Shown piece by piece: positions 26,640 through 40,029 of a DNA stretch of 64,000 nt. This DNA comes from Octopus vulgaris (lineage: Eukaryota). The DNA lies in contig OX597822.1 of assembly GCA_951406725.2 (NCBI GenBank), positions 5,704,001 through 5,768,000 of the forward strand, read 5' to 3'. Both the position numbers and the translations under genes were made by a program. A model generated the notes under the pieces. The model was not told the DNA's origin. It searched no databases and was given only the letters and a program-made list of their open reading frames with translations. Position 1 is the stretch's first letter. Every line of letters begins with the position of its first letter.

Positions 26640-26895
26640 TTACATTGGTAACCAACCACTAAAAGACATCAATGTATCTGTTTTAAAGATGACACAATCC
26701 TCATAGCAACATGAAGGAAAGATCTACAAATATTAGTTAATATTGTTAATTATATAAGAGTGAAAAGACGGGTTTGAGTCTTAACAGAAATGAAAATTTA
26801 AAGAGACAATGAGAATCTCAGATAAAGTACCAACAATATGCAACATCAAAATAAATGGAACAACCTTGAAACAAGTTTATAGTTTTAAATATGTT
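26640..26895 (+). pseudogene. Degenerate RTE-like reverse transcriptase fragment
   Basis: Frameshifted DDTILIA..KDLQILVN..GLSLN..INGTTLKQVYSFKY, matching the region just after the non-LTR RT catalytic motif. Confidence 0.5.
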
Positions 26896-27097
26896 TCCTT
26901 CCACATTAACCTACTGGCACTTTTTCACCCACTTGTCATCATCTAAAATGTATTACATGTCAAGACAGCAAGCTAGTAGAATCATTAGCATGCCAGACAA
27001 AATGTTCAGTGGCATTTCATGCTTTTATGTTCTGAGTTCAAATTCTGCTGAGGTCCACTTTGCCTTTTATCTTTTCGGTGTCGATAAAATAAATACC

Positions 27098-27330
27098 TAT
27101 TTCTTTACTACCCAAAAGGGGCTAAACACAGAGAGGATAAACAAGGACAGACAAACGGATTAAGTCGATTATATCGACCCCAGTGTGTAACTGGTACTTA
27201 TTTAATCGACCCCGAAAGGATGAAAGGCAAAGTCGACCTCGGCGGAATTTGAACTCAGAACGTAGCGGCAGACGAAATACCGCTAAGCATTTCGCCCGGC
27301 GTGCTAACGTTTCTGCCAGCTCGCCACCTT
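27098..27330 (-). mobile_element. Young SINE family B copy nested in an older + strand family B copy (~26966-27415)
   Basis: Flanked by AATACC direct repeats (27092-27097 and 27331-27336). Confidence 0.85.
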
Positions 27331-27529
27331 AATACCAGCTGAGCACTGGGGTTGATATAATTGATTTATTCCCTAACCTGAAATTGCTGGCCTTGTGCCA
27401 AAATTTGAAATTAATATGTATCACATGTCCATACCAGCAGAGTCACCCCTTTTTTGCACTACAACTGGTTTCTCTTATATCCAGTTTAACACCAACGCCT
27501 GACATCTTAGGTGCATCTGGCTGAGTCCA

Positions 27530-27640
27530 TTATGTTGCAAACATTTGGATCAGATCTCTGGTTTGCAGATACCTTCTCTTTTCCTTCTCACTAGTCTCAG
27601 AGGATCTGTGAAGAGTCATCAGTGCTGCTTTCCTTCTTGA
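27530..27640 (-). CDS. Candidate host-gene exon (unidentified)
   Basis: Strong acceptor ttttgtttttcttttag, then open frame SRRKAALMTLHRSSETSEKEKRRYLQTRDLIQMFAT*. An internal donor AG|GTATCT is possible. Confidence 0.35.
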   Translation of the reverse strand, partial: SRRKAALMTLHRSSETSEKEKRRYLQTRDLIQMFAT

Positions 27641-28109
27641 CTAAAAGAAAAACAAAATGTTGAAGTTTTTTGTCAATCAAAATGTTCTTAAAACATAAGG
27701 CTGCAACAGTCTAAGTTTATTGGAGATTATATGGGAAGACAAAACCTTGAACACTTAATGGTAATTGGTAAACTGACAGGAACAAGAAGCAGAAAAAAAC
27801 AGAGAGAAGTGATATTTGATGGTTTTACTGGCTGGCTACAGAAAGACCAGCCAAATAACTTGCCAAGGTGTATGTGGGACATGAGGAACTAGAGGTCCAT
27901 GACTTTTGACAGCAGTAGGTATGGCACAAAAAAGGAGAGTGCTTAATTTAACCGCAAGTTCAAATACATATGGATATGAGTTCATATATTTTTTATTTGT
28001 GATCCACAAATAGTGAGTTGATTCACAGAGAGTTAAGTTGATCCACAGAGAGTGAAGTTGATCCACACATAGTTGTGTTGGTCCACTGACAGTTGAGCTG
28101 ATTAACATA

Positions 28110-28327
28110 TAACAAGGGGCTAAACGTAGAGGGGACAAACAAGGACAGACAAAGGGATTAGGTCGATTACATCGACCCCAGTGCCTAACTGGTACTTAAT
28201 TTATCGACCCCGAAAGGATGAAAGGCAAAGTCGACCTCGGCGGAATTTGAACTCAGAACATAACGGCAGACGAAATACCGCTAAGCATTTTGCCTGACGT
28301 GCTAACGTTTCTGCCAGCTCGCCGCCG
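28110..28327 (-). mobile_element. SINE family B inserted in a ~20-bp gagttgatccaca minisatellite
   Basis: Reverse complement of family B; gttgatccaca-like units on both sides (~27995-28105, ~28327-28390). Confidence 0.8.
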
Positions 28328-29162
28328 AGTTCATCTACAGGTAGTTGAGTTTGTCTACAAATAGCTGAGTTGATCCACAAGAAGTTGAATTAATAGAACA
28401 TCAGGCATCATAAAACAGGACTGATGGTTTGTGCATAACATCTGCTTTCCACAATGTCCATGGCCACCACTCATAATTTTCAAAGGTTTGATACATCTAA
28501 CTGTAACACTGCCAGAGGCAGCAGCATTTTGAAATGACAAAGTATTTGAATAGTTTGCAGCATCACTTTTCACCCTTATTTTATATGACTGTAATTATTA
28601 ATTTATTTTTCAAAAGTGAAAGATTTACAACTTTTTTCCTTCACATTCACAAATTGCAAAGATATTAAAAGGTGTTATAAACGTGTGTTGAGATGAAAAC
28701 AATAAAATTCATGTGAAAATAGATTGGTGATGGATGGCCTCTCTACTAAGAGAACTCAACTTAGCTACACTATATGGGCACAAGTGTAGCAGTGTATAGA
28801 TACATATATAGCTATGTAAGACCTAAATATGACTGTATGTGTGTTCGGAAGCTCACATTGCAACGAAGTAGTTTTGGTTTCAATCCTGCTATGCATCACA
28901 TGTAAATGACTTCTACAACAATCTTAAAATGACCAATACCTTGTGAGGGGGATTTCATTGGCAGAAAATTATATGGAAACCCACTGTCCTTTGTTCAATT
29001 GTTCATTCCTTCAACATTTGTTTTCCCGTGTTATCATGGCTTGCAGGGTATTAATTTGAAGTAGGGTTTCATTTCATAGCTGAATACTTTTTCTATTACA
29101 AACCATCACCTGTTTTCCATTTGAACTCACTCACTAACATGCATGCATGCATGCATACATAC

Positions 29163-29193
<31 letters not shown>

Positions 29194-29212
29194 CATACAT
29201 GTGCGTGAGAAA

Positions 29213-29910
29213 ACCCGGCAAGACTAGTCAGGCCATAACCCGTGGCCCCTACCTGGGACATAGTCAGTCCACCTGTGCATACCTTCCTTCTTGTGACACT
29301 TGTGAAAACCTGTTGAGGCAAGTGAAAATCAAAACAAATCAAAATAGATGAACATCAATGGAATTTGTATCTTTGTGGTACCAGTGCCGGTGGCACACAA
29401 GAAAACCATCCGAACGTGGCCGTAGCCAGTACCGCATTGACTGGCCTCCGTGCTGTGGGCACGTAACAACACCATCCAATCGTGGCCGTTCGCCAGCCTC
29501 ATCTGGCACCTGTGTTGGTGGCACATAAAAACACCATCCGAAGACCCGGCAAGACTAGTCAGGCCATAACCCGTGGACCCTACCTGGGACGTAGTCAGTT
29601 CACCTGTGCATACCTTCCTTCTTGTGACACTTGTGAAAACCTGTTGAGGCAAGTGAAAATCAAAACAAATCAAAATAGATGAACATCAATGGAATTTGTA
29701 TCTTTGTGGTACCAGTGCCGGTGGCACACAAGAAAACCATCTGAACGTGGCCGTAGCCAGTACTGCATCGACTGGCCTCCGTGCTGTGGGCACATAACAA
29801 ACACCATCCGATCGTGGCTGTTCGCCAGCCTCATCTGGCACCTGTGTCGGTGGCACATAAAAACACCATCCGAGCGTGGCCGTCTGCCAGCCTCGTCTGG
29901 CACCTGTGTC
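29213..29910 (+). mobile_element. RTE 3' UTR segment, tandemly duplicated (~331-bp period)
   Basis: acccggcaagactagtcagg at 29213 and 29544; contains the gtgccggtggcac RTE UTR repeats. Confidence 0.8.
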
Positions 29911-30828
29911 ACCCACTCTTTAGGTTTTCTAGATACCAGTACCTTTCATATCCTTGCTACATATATATACATACACATATATATGTATATATACATATAT
30001 ATATATATACACATATATATATATACACACATATACATACATACAAACATACATACATACCTACGTACACACATACATACATGCATGAATATATATATAT
30101 ATTTCCAAAATGCTGTACTCAAGAAGACCTGACCACCACAACAGAATTGATATCCAAAAGTCAAGGTGTCATGTAAAATGCATTGGTGCTGATGCCACGT
30201 AAAAAGCACTGACAATAGTGCCACATAAAAACACCAGGTACACGTGTGGAATAGCTGGCATTAGGAAGGACATCTAAGCGTAGAAAACAAGCCAAAATAG
30301 CCTATGGAACACGGTGTGGCCTTGTTAGCTCCTGTCAAGCCATCCAACTCATGCCAGCAAAGAAAACAGATTTTAAATGATGATGATGATGATGATGATG
30401 ATATATATATCTATATATATAGGTGCAGGAGTGGCAGTGTGGTAAAAGGCTTGCTTCCCAACCACGTGATTCTAAGTTCAGTCCCACTGAATGGCACCTT
30501 GGGAAAGTATCTTCTTCTAGAGCCTCAGGCTTATCAAAGCCTTGTGAGTGGATTTGTATATATATATATGTTTGTGTGTGTGTGTGTGTATGTGTGTGCT
30601 TGTGTATATATACATACATGTCTATATAAACAGGCTTTCTACGATTTTCATCTATCAAATTCACTCACAAGGCATTTGTGGCTCAGAAGTCAATTCTAGT
30701 GATATTGAACCTGAAACCACATGGTAGCCAAGTAAACTTCTAAACACAACCGTGTTGGCACCATATGTATATGGATATGTTTGTGTGTGTGTCATTGTGC
30801 TCATATATATATTTTTTGAAAGATATAC

Positions 30829-30965
30829 ATCTTGTTGAGAAAACTGATAAACTGATACTTTTGAAGTAGTGTGGCATTTGTTCTGAACAAAGCTGCATCG
30901 ACAATCCTTTGACATTGTCACCACTGGAAATTCTATGAACCTGTCCATAATCCTTTGCAACAACA
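30829..30965 (-). CDS. Candidate host-gene exon (unidentified)
   Basis: tattttgtaaatgatag|TG TTG TTG CAA...CAA GAT|GTATAT, peptide LLQRIMDRFIEFPVVTMSKDCRCSFVQNKCHTTSKVSVYQFSQQD. The phase-0 end fits the exon at 27640, but the donor is weak. Confidence 0.25.
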
Positions 30966-31305
30966 CTATCATTTACAAAATATAATATAAAATTGAGGAT
31001 TTTGAAAGCAAATAACTTTGAAGACGAAGAGCTGTATGGATTATGATTTTCTAAATTCCGCACCATATTACTGTTCTCTAAGTTAATTCTTTCTTGTCCA
31101 TATCTCTCTTGTTCTTGAAAATATGCACAGCTAAGTTAAGAATTTCTCTGGTTTTTAATTGCTTCATTCATTCATCTATCATTCAACTCACACCATTACT
31201 AACCTGCACTTTCATAAACTGTAAACATTTATATTTATTCATCAAATAACTTCCAGTTGTAATCTCTCCCTCTAAAATGATCCTTTCCTTGTTTCTTGGC
31301 TACAC

Positions 31306-31678
31306 ATCATCATCATCATCATCATTGTTTAACGTCCGCTTTCCATGCTAGCATGGGTTGGACAGTTCAACTGGGGTCTGGGAAGCCAGAAGGCTGCATC
31401 AGGCCCAGTCTGATCTGGCAGTGTTTCTATGGCTAGATGCCCTTCCTAACGCCAACCACTCCGTAAGTGTAGTGGGTGCTTTTTACGTGCCACCCGCACA
31501 GGTGCCAGGCAGGGCTGGCAAACGGCCATGGACGGATGGTGCTTTTTACGTGCCACCGGTATGGAGGGCCAGGCAAGGCTGGCAATGGCCATGATCGGAT
31601 GGTGCTTTTTATGTGTCACCGGCACGGAGGCCAGTCGGGGCGGCACTGGCAACGGACACAGTCGGGTGGTGCTTTTAT

Positions 31679-31680
<2 letters not shown>
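31306..31680 (-). mobile_element. RTE LINE 3' end
   Basis: (cat)n tail and repeated ggtgctttttacgtgccacc UTR units. Confidence 0.85.
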
Positions 31681-31719
<39 letters not shown>

Positions 31720-32689
31720 CGTACTATTCTCTAAAGTAACTTCGGTCTTGTTTGTATCTCTCTCATTCCTGGTTGCAATGGCTACTTACTGCTATTTCCA
31801 TTTCTACTCCCTAGGGCAAAAACTGCCATCTTTGTCCATTTCCACCTGTTGTGAATATAGAGGGCCTCTACAATTGTTCCCTACCTCCTCTCAAACTTTC
31901 ATGCAGCTTATTCCATGTGTTTGGCCGTTTGATGGTAATTGAAAATATGCACAGCTACGAATTTCTCTTGTTTTTAATTACCTCATTTAATCACCTCATT
32001 CATCTATCTAACCCACATTATTACTAACCTGCACTTTCGTAAACTGTAAACATTTATATTTATTCATCAAATAACTTCCAGATTGTAATCTCTCCCACTA
32101 AAATAATCCTTTCCTTGTTTCTTGGCTACAGATATATATATATATATATATATATATATCGTACTGTTCTCTAAAATAATTCTTTCTTGTTTGTACTATT
32201 CCCTAAAATTACTCCCTCTTGTTTATGGTTGTACCCCCTGTCCCACTGCCCACCGAAATTCCCCTCTCTCACACTGTTTGTCTCCACCTTCACTGGTAAT
32301 CTCACCGCCCCCTCCTTTCTCTTCCCATCTCTGGACTAACCAAACCAGATAGCAGCCCACTTACTTAATTTAACATTGGCATATCTATACTTCTACTTTA
32401 TTTGTTTTCATATTTTTATTTTATTTATATTTATATCTGCAGTACCAATAATGCTTATGTCCACAATGCTCACAACGCTTATATTTACAACAACCAAAAC
32501 ATTTTCATACACAATGCTTCCTTAATTCCACCCACCAAATAGAGGCAACAACCTTAACAATTTTAACATGTTTGAATGATTCTAGGTTAAATGTCAGAAC
32601 AACTGTTATGACATGTCTGTTATCAAACAATCACAGAAACCTTCTTTTCATGTGCTGAATAACATCTCTCCTTTCTATGTTTATTCCCA

Positions 32690-35600
32690 CATCCCTTTCT
32701 CAGTTTTCAGAGTTGGCACTGTAAATGTTGGCACATTGAAAGGTAGGTCCAGCAAGATTTTAGAGATGCTTGAACAGAGGTATGTTGATGTATGTTGCAT
32801 ACAAGAGGTAAGGTGGAGAGGAGCTTCAGCCAGGGTACTCACAGGCAAATCACATAGGTATAAACTCTTTTGGGAAGGTAACAGTGATGGAATAAGGGGC
32901 GTAGGCATACTTCTTGCAGAGAAATGGGTGGATAAGGTGATAGTGGTAGTCAGGGTGTGCAATAGACTTCTTAAACTCAGGCTAGTCTTGCAGAATAGTA
33001 TAGCTACAATTATCTCTACCTATGCCCCCCCCAAGCAGGCCTACCAAATGAACAGAAGGATCACTTTTATGATATTCTTCTGCAGGCTATCTCAAAGATG
33101 AGTGACAATGATCTCATCTTTGTGGCTAGAGATTTTAATGGGCATGTTGAATGGCAACCTGGTATCTTTCATGGTGTACATGGGGCCCATGGAATTGGCT
33201 CCTGAAATGAAGAGGGAACTAGGCTCCTGGAGTTCTGTGACACAAATAACCCATTGATCTGCAACACCAACTTCAGGAAGCCAGCCAGTCACCTGATAAT
33301 CTCTCAATAAGGTGACTCTGCTAGCCAGATTAATTTCTCTCTCACCAGACAGCAGGATGCATAGTTGCTCTTAAATACAAATACCATCCCTAGTGAAGAA
33401 TGTACCGCTCCCTCCACCTCCGAGAATAAACTAGTTATTAATGATTTTAGACTGAAGGCCAGAAGGATGCCAAGAAGCAGACAAATTTTGAATAGAAGCA
33501 CTTGGAAGCTTAAGAACCCTTCACATGGTCAGAGATTTTGGGATATCCTTACTGAGAGGGAAGAGGAGCTACAGACTTGTGACATAGAGGGCAACTGGGG
33601 ATTCCTGTGAGACAGCTTGTTGAACACCACAGACCAAATCTGTGGTCGGTGCAAAGTTCCTTCCAGACCTAGGGTAATGTGGTGGTGGAACAATACTGCA
33701 GACAGGGCTATCAGAGCAAAGAAACAGGGTTGGTAGGCCTGGAAGAGTTGGGGTAGCAGGGAACTGTATCAGATAGCCAGAAGGGACACCAGGAGACTGG
33801 AATATAAATAAACAAAGGAGAAGCAGAAAAGAAGTTTGCCAATGTTCAGTGACATGAGGACCAAAGAACTGATATATTTCGGATTGCAAGACAGTGTGTG
33901 CAATAAAATTGCGATGTCATAGGAGAGAAATGTGTCCACATAGATGATGATGCACTTACATTTAATGATTTTGTAAAGAAAGAGGTTTGGAGATGCCATT
34001 ATGAAAGACTGCTGAATGTGGAGAATGAATGGGAGGAGGAGAGTCTGCCAAAGGTTGACCCAATTGAGGGACCAGCTACTCGAATTCACAGTATTGTGGT
34101 AGATAGAGCAATTAAGGACATGAGGACAGGGAAAGCACCTGACCCTTCAGGAACCACTACTGAGATGCTTAAAATATCGGGTGGTGTGGGTTATGGGCTA
34201 GCAACTGCATTGTAAATTTGTAGTTCCTGAAGGAGTCAAACACAATGACTAGTGTGGCTGCACCATAGGCAACTGTTGCAAAGGTAAAAGTGATGCTTTA
34301 GATAGAAATAACTAGAGGGGTGTCAAATTATTGGATTAGGTGATAAAAGTTACAAAGAGGGTCATAGCCCAACTAATTAGGGAGAGTGCTAGCCTAGATG
34401 AGATACAGTTTGGTTTTATGCCAGGTAGAAGCACCACTGATGCTATATTTCTGGTAAGGCAACTGCAGGAGAAATACCTAACCAAAGATAAGTCCTTGTA
34501 CTTGGCTTTTGCTGACTTGAAGAAAGCCTTTGACAGGGTCTCCCAGTCCCTTATCTAAAGGTCAATATGGAAACTAGGGATAGATGAGTGGTTGGTAAGA
34601 GCCATACAAGCCCTGTACTGGGATGCTGTCAGGAAGGTGAGGGTTGGCAATGAGTATAATGAAGAATTCTGGGTAGAAGTACGGGTTCACCAAGGATCAG
34701 TCTTCAGTCCTCACTTATTCATCATAGACTTCCTGACAATAATAGAGGAGTTCAAGACAGGTTGCCCCTGAGAGCTCCTCTATGCTGAAGACCTTGCTCT
34801 AATAGCTGAGTCACTACCAGAACTAGAGACAAAGTTTAGGATGTGGAAGCAGAGTCTAGAATCAACCTAGTAAAAACCAAATTCTCAGTAAGTAGGAAGG
34901 CAGACAAATCACAAACCCCTTCAGATAGATGGCCCTGCTTGATTGATCTGTAGAAAAGGCATAGTTAGAAATTCCATAAGATATACTCAGTGTAAGCTAT
35001 GGACACATAAGAGGTGCAGCAGTATCAAAGGAAGGTTAACTGGGAAGATAGCTTTTGTGTGTGGCAGATGCACAGGGACAATAAACACTGAAGATATACA
35101 GAAAACAGATTCCATAACATGCCAGGAGGAAAAAAGAACTAGAAGTAGTTGATAGCTTCTGCTACCTAGGTGACCAAGTCTGTAATGGGGGTGGATGCTT
35201 TGAGAGTCTAGCTGCTAGAATAGCCTGGGAAAAGTTCAGAGAACTCCTACCACTGATGGCAGCTAAGGGCCTCTCGCTCAGGGTGAAAGGTAGACAGTAT
35301 GATGCATATGTGCAAACTGCTATGGTACACGGTAGTGAAATATGAGCCATGACTGCTGAGTACATGCGTAGGCTTGAAAGAAATGAAGCTAGTATGATCT
35401 GCTGGATGTGTAAGGTCAGTGTGCATATACGATAGTGTAAGCACCGTGAGAGAAAAGTTGGACATAAGAAGCATCAAATGTGGTGGGTAAAAGAGATGAC
35501 TGCACTGGTATGGTCATGTGTTACAGATGGTTGAGGACAACTGTGTGAGGAAGTGTCACACCCTAACAGTGGAAGGAACCTGTGGAAGAGGTAGACATGG

Positions 35601-36252
35601 GATGATGTAGTAAAGCATGACCTTCAAACTTTGGGCCTCACAGATGCAATGACAAGAGACTGAGACCTTTGGAGATATGCTGTGATTGAGAAGACTTGTC
35701 AAGTAAAGTGAGATCACAGCCATGGCTGATGCCAGTGTTGCATGACCGGCCCATTTAAGAGTACTCCTGAAGCATTGGGTGATATTATATGCTTGAGAAG
35801 ACCTGTTGAGTCAAGTAAAATCGAAATTGAAATCATATCTGTGGCCAGTGCCACCTGACTGGCTTCCATGCTGGTGACAAGTAAAATGTGCCATCTGAAT
35901 GTGATCAATGCTAGTGCCCCCTGACTGTCTCCTGTGCCAGTGGCACATAAAAAGTACCACCTGAACAGGGTTGATGCCAGTATCCTCTGGCTGGCTCCCA
36001 TGCCGGTGGGACATAAAATGCACCATTCAAGCATGGACGTTGCCACTGCCACCTGACTAGCCCTCATGCTTGAGGCACGTAAAAAGCACTCTCAAAGTGG
36101 TTGGCATTAGGAAGGACATCCAGCTGTAGAAACATTGCTAGATCAGATTGGAGTCCTTTGCAGCCCACTGGCCAGAACTCAGTCAAACCGTCCAATCCAT
36201 GCCAGCATGGAAAGCAGACATTAAACGATGATGATGATGATGATGATGATGA
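32690..36252 (+). mobile_element. Near full-length decayed RTE-clade LINE (APE endonuclease plus RT), many stops and frameshifts
   Basis: EN: FRVGTVNVGTLKGRS..VDVCCIQEVRWRG, DFNGHV. RT: KAPDPSG, QFGFMPGRSTTDAIF, LAFADLKKAFDRV, HQGSVFSP, LYAEDL. C-terminal WYGHV, repeated 3' UTR and (GAT)n tail. Confidence 0.95.
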
Positions 36253-37410
36253 TTACAAGTGTTTATCCTATGAAATCTACTGGAATAAAAAGATAGAGTA
36301 AGCTCCTTCTTTTTGAGTTCTAAGGATCAGTGAAATATTGATATATTTGTGAAGTTTTATTGTCCTGTAGAATTGGTGATTTAAATATTTTGAACATTAT
36401 ATATATTGAAAGGACCCCTAACTGGTGTCTTAGTCATCATCAATAACATTTTTACATGCATCATTTTCTATTCTGCTTACAGCTTTTGGATTTGTTTCTC
36501 CTCACAGCAACCTACCACTTTTTGCATTTCTTCGTCATCTCCTTTGTGAGGTTCAGCTTGTTGAGATTACCATTCATCGCTTCTGCACATGTCTTCCTCG
36601 GTCTTCACTTTCATCTGGTTTTCTTCCACATGAATTCCCTGGCACTTCTTTACACACCTGTCTATATTACTACAATCTCTGTTGCACACTACAACTGATT
36701 CCTCTTATACACATTCTTCTCGGCTTATTAGCACCTCATCATTCATACACATTGACATTATGCATTCAGTGGATCATACTTGTTATGTTTATTCCCACAC
36801 ACCTCTTCTGCATTTACTACCCATATTTCAGTACTATGCAGCATCACAGTTTATATACAAGCATTGTATAATGCTTCTTTTGTTCGAAGAGAGAATCCCC
36901 CTGCTATCAGCAAAGATAATAGCTCCATAAACATTTTGGAAAATTATTCTAATTCTGGTTACATTGCTTTCAGAACACCTTCCTTCAATGCTGATCAAGT
37001 CACCCAGTGGCATAGTATAGCATTGGCAGAGTGTTCAGACTGCACAGGATGGCCACTTTTTATATGTGTGTTTGCTGTAGATGAAGGCATGCTACATTTA
37101 AGGAAGGGGCAGCCAATTTGGCAACAGTACAGAGTGTCCAAAATTCATACTACACTACTAAAGTGACCTTGATTACAGAAGCTATCGACTACTTTTATAG
37201 AGTACTAGTGGTAATACCCTTCGTTGGTCGGGTAATTACTGTTACTCTTTCTCGGGAGCCACATTCAAAGTGTTATTTTATATATTTTATTGGCTAAACT
37301 GGCAAAATGACCATTCCGAAATATAACAATATATATCGCCATGTTGAATCGCTAGCCTCTGCATGCATTTTTTTCTCTCCTTGTTTCTCTCCGTGTTTCT
37401 TTTCTGTGTA

Positions 37411-37448
37411 TCTTTCTGTTGAAGAGCGTAGGCTCGAAACGTAAAAGA
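37411..37448 (+). ncRNA. Minimal type I hammerhead motif with one core substitution, in a Penelope-type terminal fragment
   Basis: TCTTT-CTGtTGA-A-GAGC gtag GCTC-GAAAC-GTA-AAAGA: stem I TCTTT/AAAGA and palindromic ACGT stem III. Confidence 0.65.
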
Positions 37449-37545
37449 CTTGTTTTATTTATATTCCTGAGCGTTATACTAATACAATTGTTTGTTTGTA
37501 CTCCACCTGCCTTCGTCTTTTGTTTATTTTCATAAAGCTTCCCGT

Positions 37546-37577
<32 letters not shown>

Positions 37578-38233
37578 CTCCTCTTGTATGTGTGTATTTT
37601 GTAAGAAAAAAACCCATAATAATTTAAGTAGAAAAAAGATCAATTTCATACACGAACTTCTGTTTGTTTATTTCATGACAATAACAAGTGAGTTGTATGT
37701 GTTATTTTATGTATCAATACAGTAATGACATTTATATAATACGCAAAGCTTTGGTCAGCACAGAGCTGTAGTGAAAGAAAATTGCCCAATGTGCTGCACA
37801 GTGGGACTGAACTCAGGGCGACACGGTTGGTTGGAAAGCAAGCTTCTCAACCACGCAGCCACGTCTATAAAGGAGAGGTACATTTTGAATAATATAGTCC
37901 TTGATGCAATACGCTTAACAAAAAGATGGGATGTAAAGCAAGAAGACCTTTGATTTTAATGTTTACCCAAGCATCACAACAACTAACAATGCTACACCAT
38001 AGAGAGTGTTCCAGAATCTGTTTCAATGGAATTGAGCAAATTTTAAAAATATTGACAATTCTATGTTAATTACCAAAACGAATAGATTTATAAATTTTAC
38101 GTCAAACTTTTATTGAAGATTTTCAACATTTCTGTATCCCTGCATACTTCACATCTCTCCTTAACATTGTGAAACACATTTTGAATCATTTCAAGAGTTA
38201 GCTCTTGCACTGTTAACTGATTGTGTTCTTTAA

Positions 38234-38452
38234 CCCTTTAGTATTTAAACCGGCCATATCCGGCCAAAATATTTAATCTGTTTTATGTTCAAACTGACCA
38301 GATCCAGGCCCTCACACCTACCCTACAATGTTATTCTACATTAGGTAATTACACCATCAAGATCTTGAAGATATGAGATAATGCATGATTAATTCAAATC
38401 AATGGGAATCAATAGGCATTATGTTTGATTGAATAATCTGAACACTAAAGGG
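38234..38452. mobile_element. piggyBac-type MITE, second family
   Basis: TTAA-CCCTTTAGTATTTA...TGAACACTAAAGGG-TTAA; partial relatives near 43820-43940 and 53197-53400. Confidence 0.8.
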
Positions 38453-38844
38453 TTAAGCTCAGCTAAACAATTGCTCCATCTTGGGGATGGAGGTAATGAA
38501 AATGATTGCTGCCAAATTGAAAAAAAAGGTTGTTATGGACAAATAAGAAGGGTCCAACAGGAATGAAAATAAAATTATAAACAAAATTCAAAATTTATAC
38601 ACTTTTAACACATATTAAACATGATAAACATAGATAAAAGTGAGTTTTAAAAAAAATGCATCTGATTTCACTAAAATCCTCATTAATTCTGGGACACCCT
38701 GTATTTACTTGTCTGACTAAATAGGGGAAGGAACACAGGAGGGAGACTAGTTGCAGGTGGTGGGCATAGCTTCCGGAAGTAGTCATGCGGTCAAACCCAA
38801 ATGGCCGTCAGTCATAAAAGCAGTTTTTCTTTTTTGTATGAACA

Positions 38845-38995
38845 TGGAGTGGTTGGCGTTAGGAAGGGCATCCAGCCGTAGAAACATTGCCAGATCAGAC
38901 TGGGCCTGGTGCAGCCTTCTTACTTCCCAGACCCCAGTTGAACCGTCCAACCCATGCTAGCATGGGAAGCGGACACTAAATGATGATGATGATGC
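38845..38995 (+). mobile_element. RTE LINE 3' end
   Basis: gagtggttggcgttaggaagggcatcc...(gat)n. Confidence 0.85.
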
Positions 38996-39705
38996 TGTTG
39001 CAATATATAGTTCAAATGTGGATGACATAGAAAGCAGACATGGTGCTGGGCCATGCTGCATTGCGCAGGATTGGAAATGTGAAACATCAACAAGGCATTT
39101 CTGGAGATTGGATGAATGGGTTTTTTTGTAACTTTACCCAGCCACACACACATGCACATGACCTGGTTGTGTGTGGGATGGTAACATGAAGCAGTACCAG
39201 GGTGTCGACAAAAATATTAATGTTCTTCTCATTTCCTCTGCCAAATTTAACCAAGAGTTTACATGAAATATTATACACTACTTATAATGCATAAGTAGTG
39301 TCAATATTTTATTGTTGGAAAATAGCCTAAAACAAAGATAAAACCCAGTGCAGTATACTCAAATCTGATTATTCTGCATTTTTTGGCAGGGCCCATAGCC
39401 AGAGTCAGAAATTTCTTTTAGTCAATAGCAATTTGAGGAGCCTGGTTAATGTTTGTTGCAAATTCAGAGGAAAGTGACAGGATACTCTTCAAGTTATGGG
39501 TCTTAACGCTTCAAAATGCTTAAGAAATGCAGTTTATCTGCCCCTAGGCTTGCATAAAGCAAGAAATTGAAAATGTTTTTGGCCCATGACATTCCATGGA
39601 TCCTATGTAATGCATGTGTAAAATTTCATTGAAATCAGTTGGGTGGATCTTGAATTTTAACACAGACACATATCCTGTGTTTTATATATATATATAGATT
39701 ATATA

Positions 39706-39986
39706 TGGAGGCACAATGGCCCAGTGGTTAGGACAGCGGTTTCGATTCCCAGACCGGGCGTTGTGAGTTTTTATTGAGCGAAAACACCTAAAGTTCCGCG
39801 AGGCTCCAGCAGGGGGTGGTGGCAATCCCTGCTGTACTCTTTCGCCGCAACTTTCTCTCACTCTTTCTTCTGTTGGTCTGCTCACTTAGCCAGCGGGGTG
39901 ACATAATTTGAAGGCTAAAACAATGTGAAGCGCATTGTGATCAGCAATGTGTAGCAACATCTGATAGCTTGGTCGGTCACGGTGAT
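39706..39986 (+). mobile_element. tRNA-derived SINE family D
   Basis: A-box tggcccagtgg and B-box ggtttcgattccc (spacer shortened); sits between TA runs. Confidence 0.6.
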
Positions 39987-40029
39987 ATAGATTATATATA
40001 TATATATATATATAGATTGCAAGAAATTT

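Noticed and set aside
28355-28573. 72-aa minus-strand ORF as an exon
   Set aside because: No convincing splice sites or recognisable motif.
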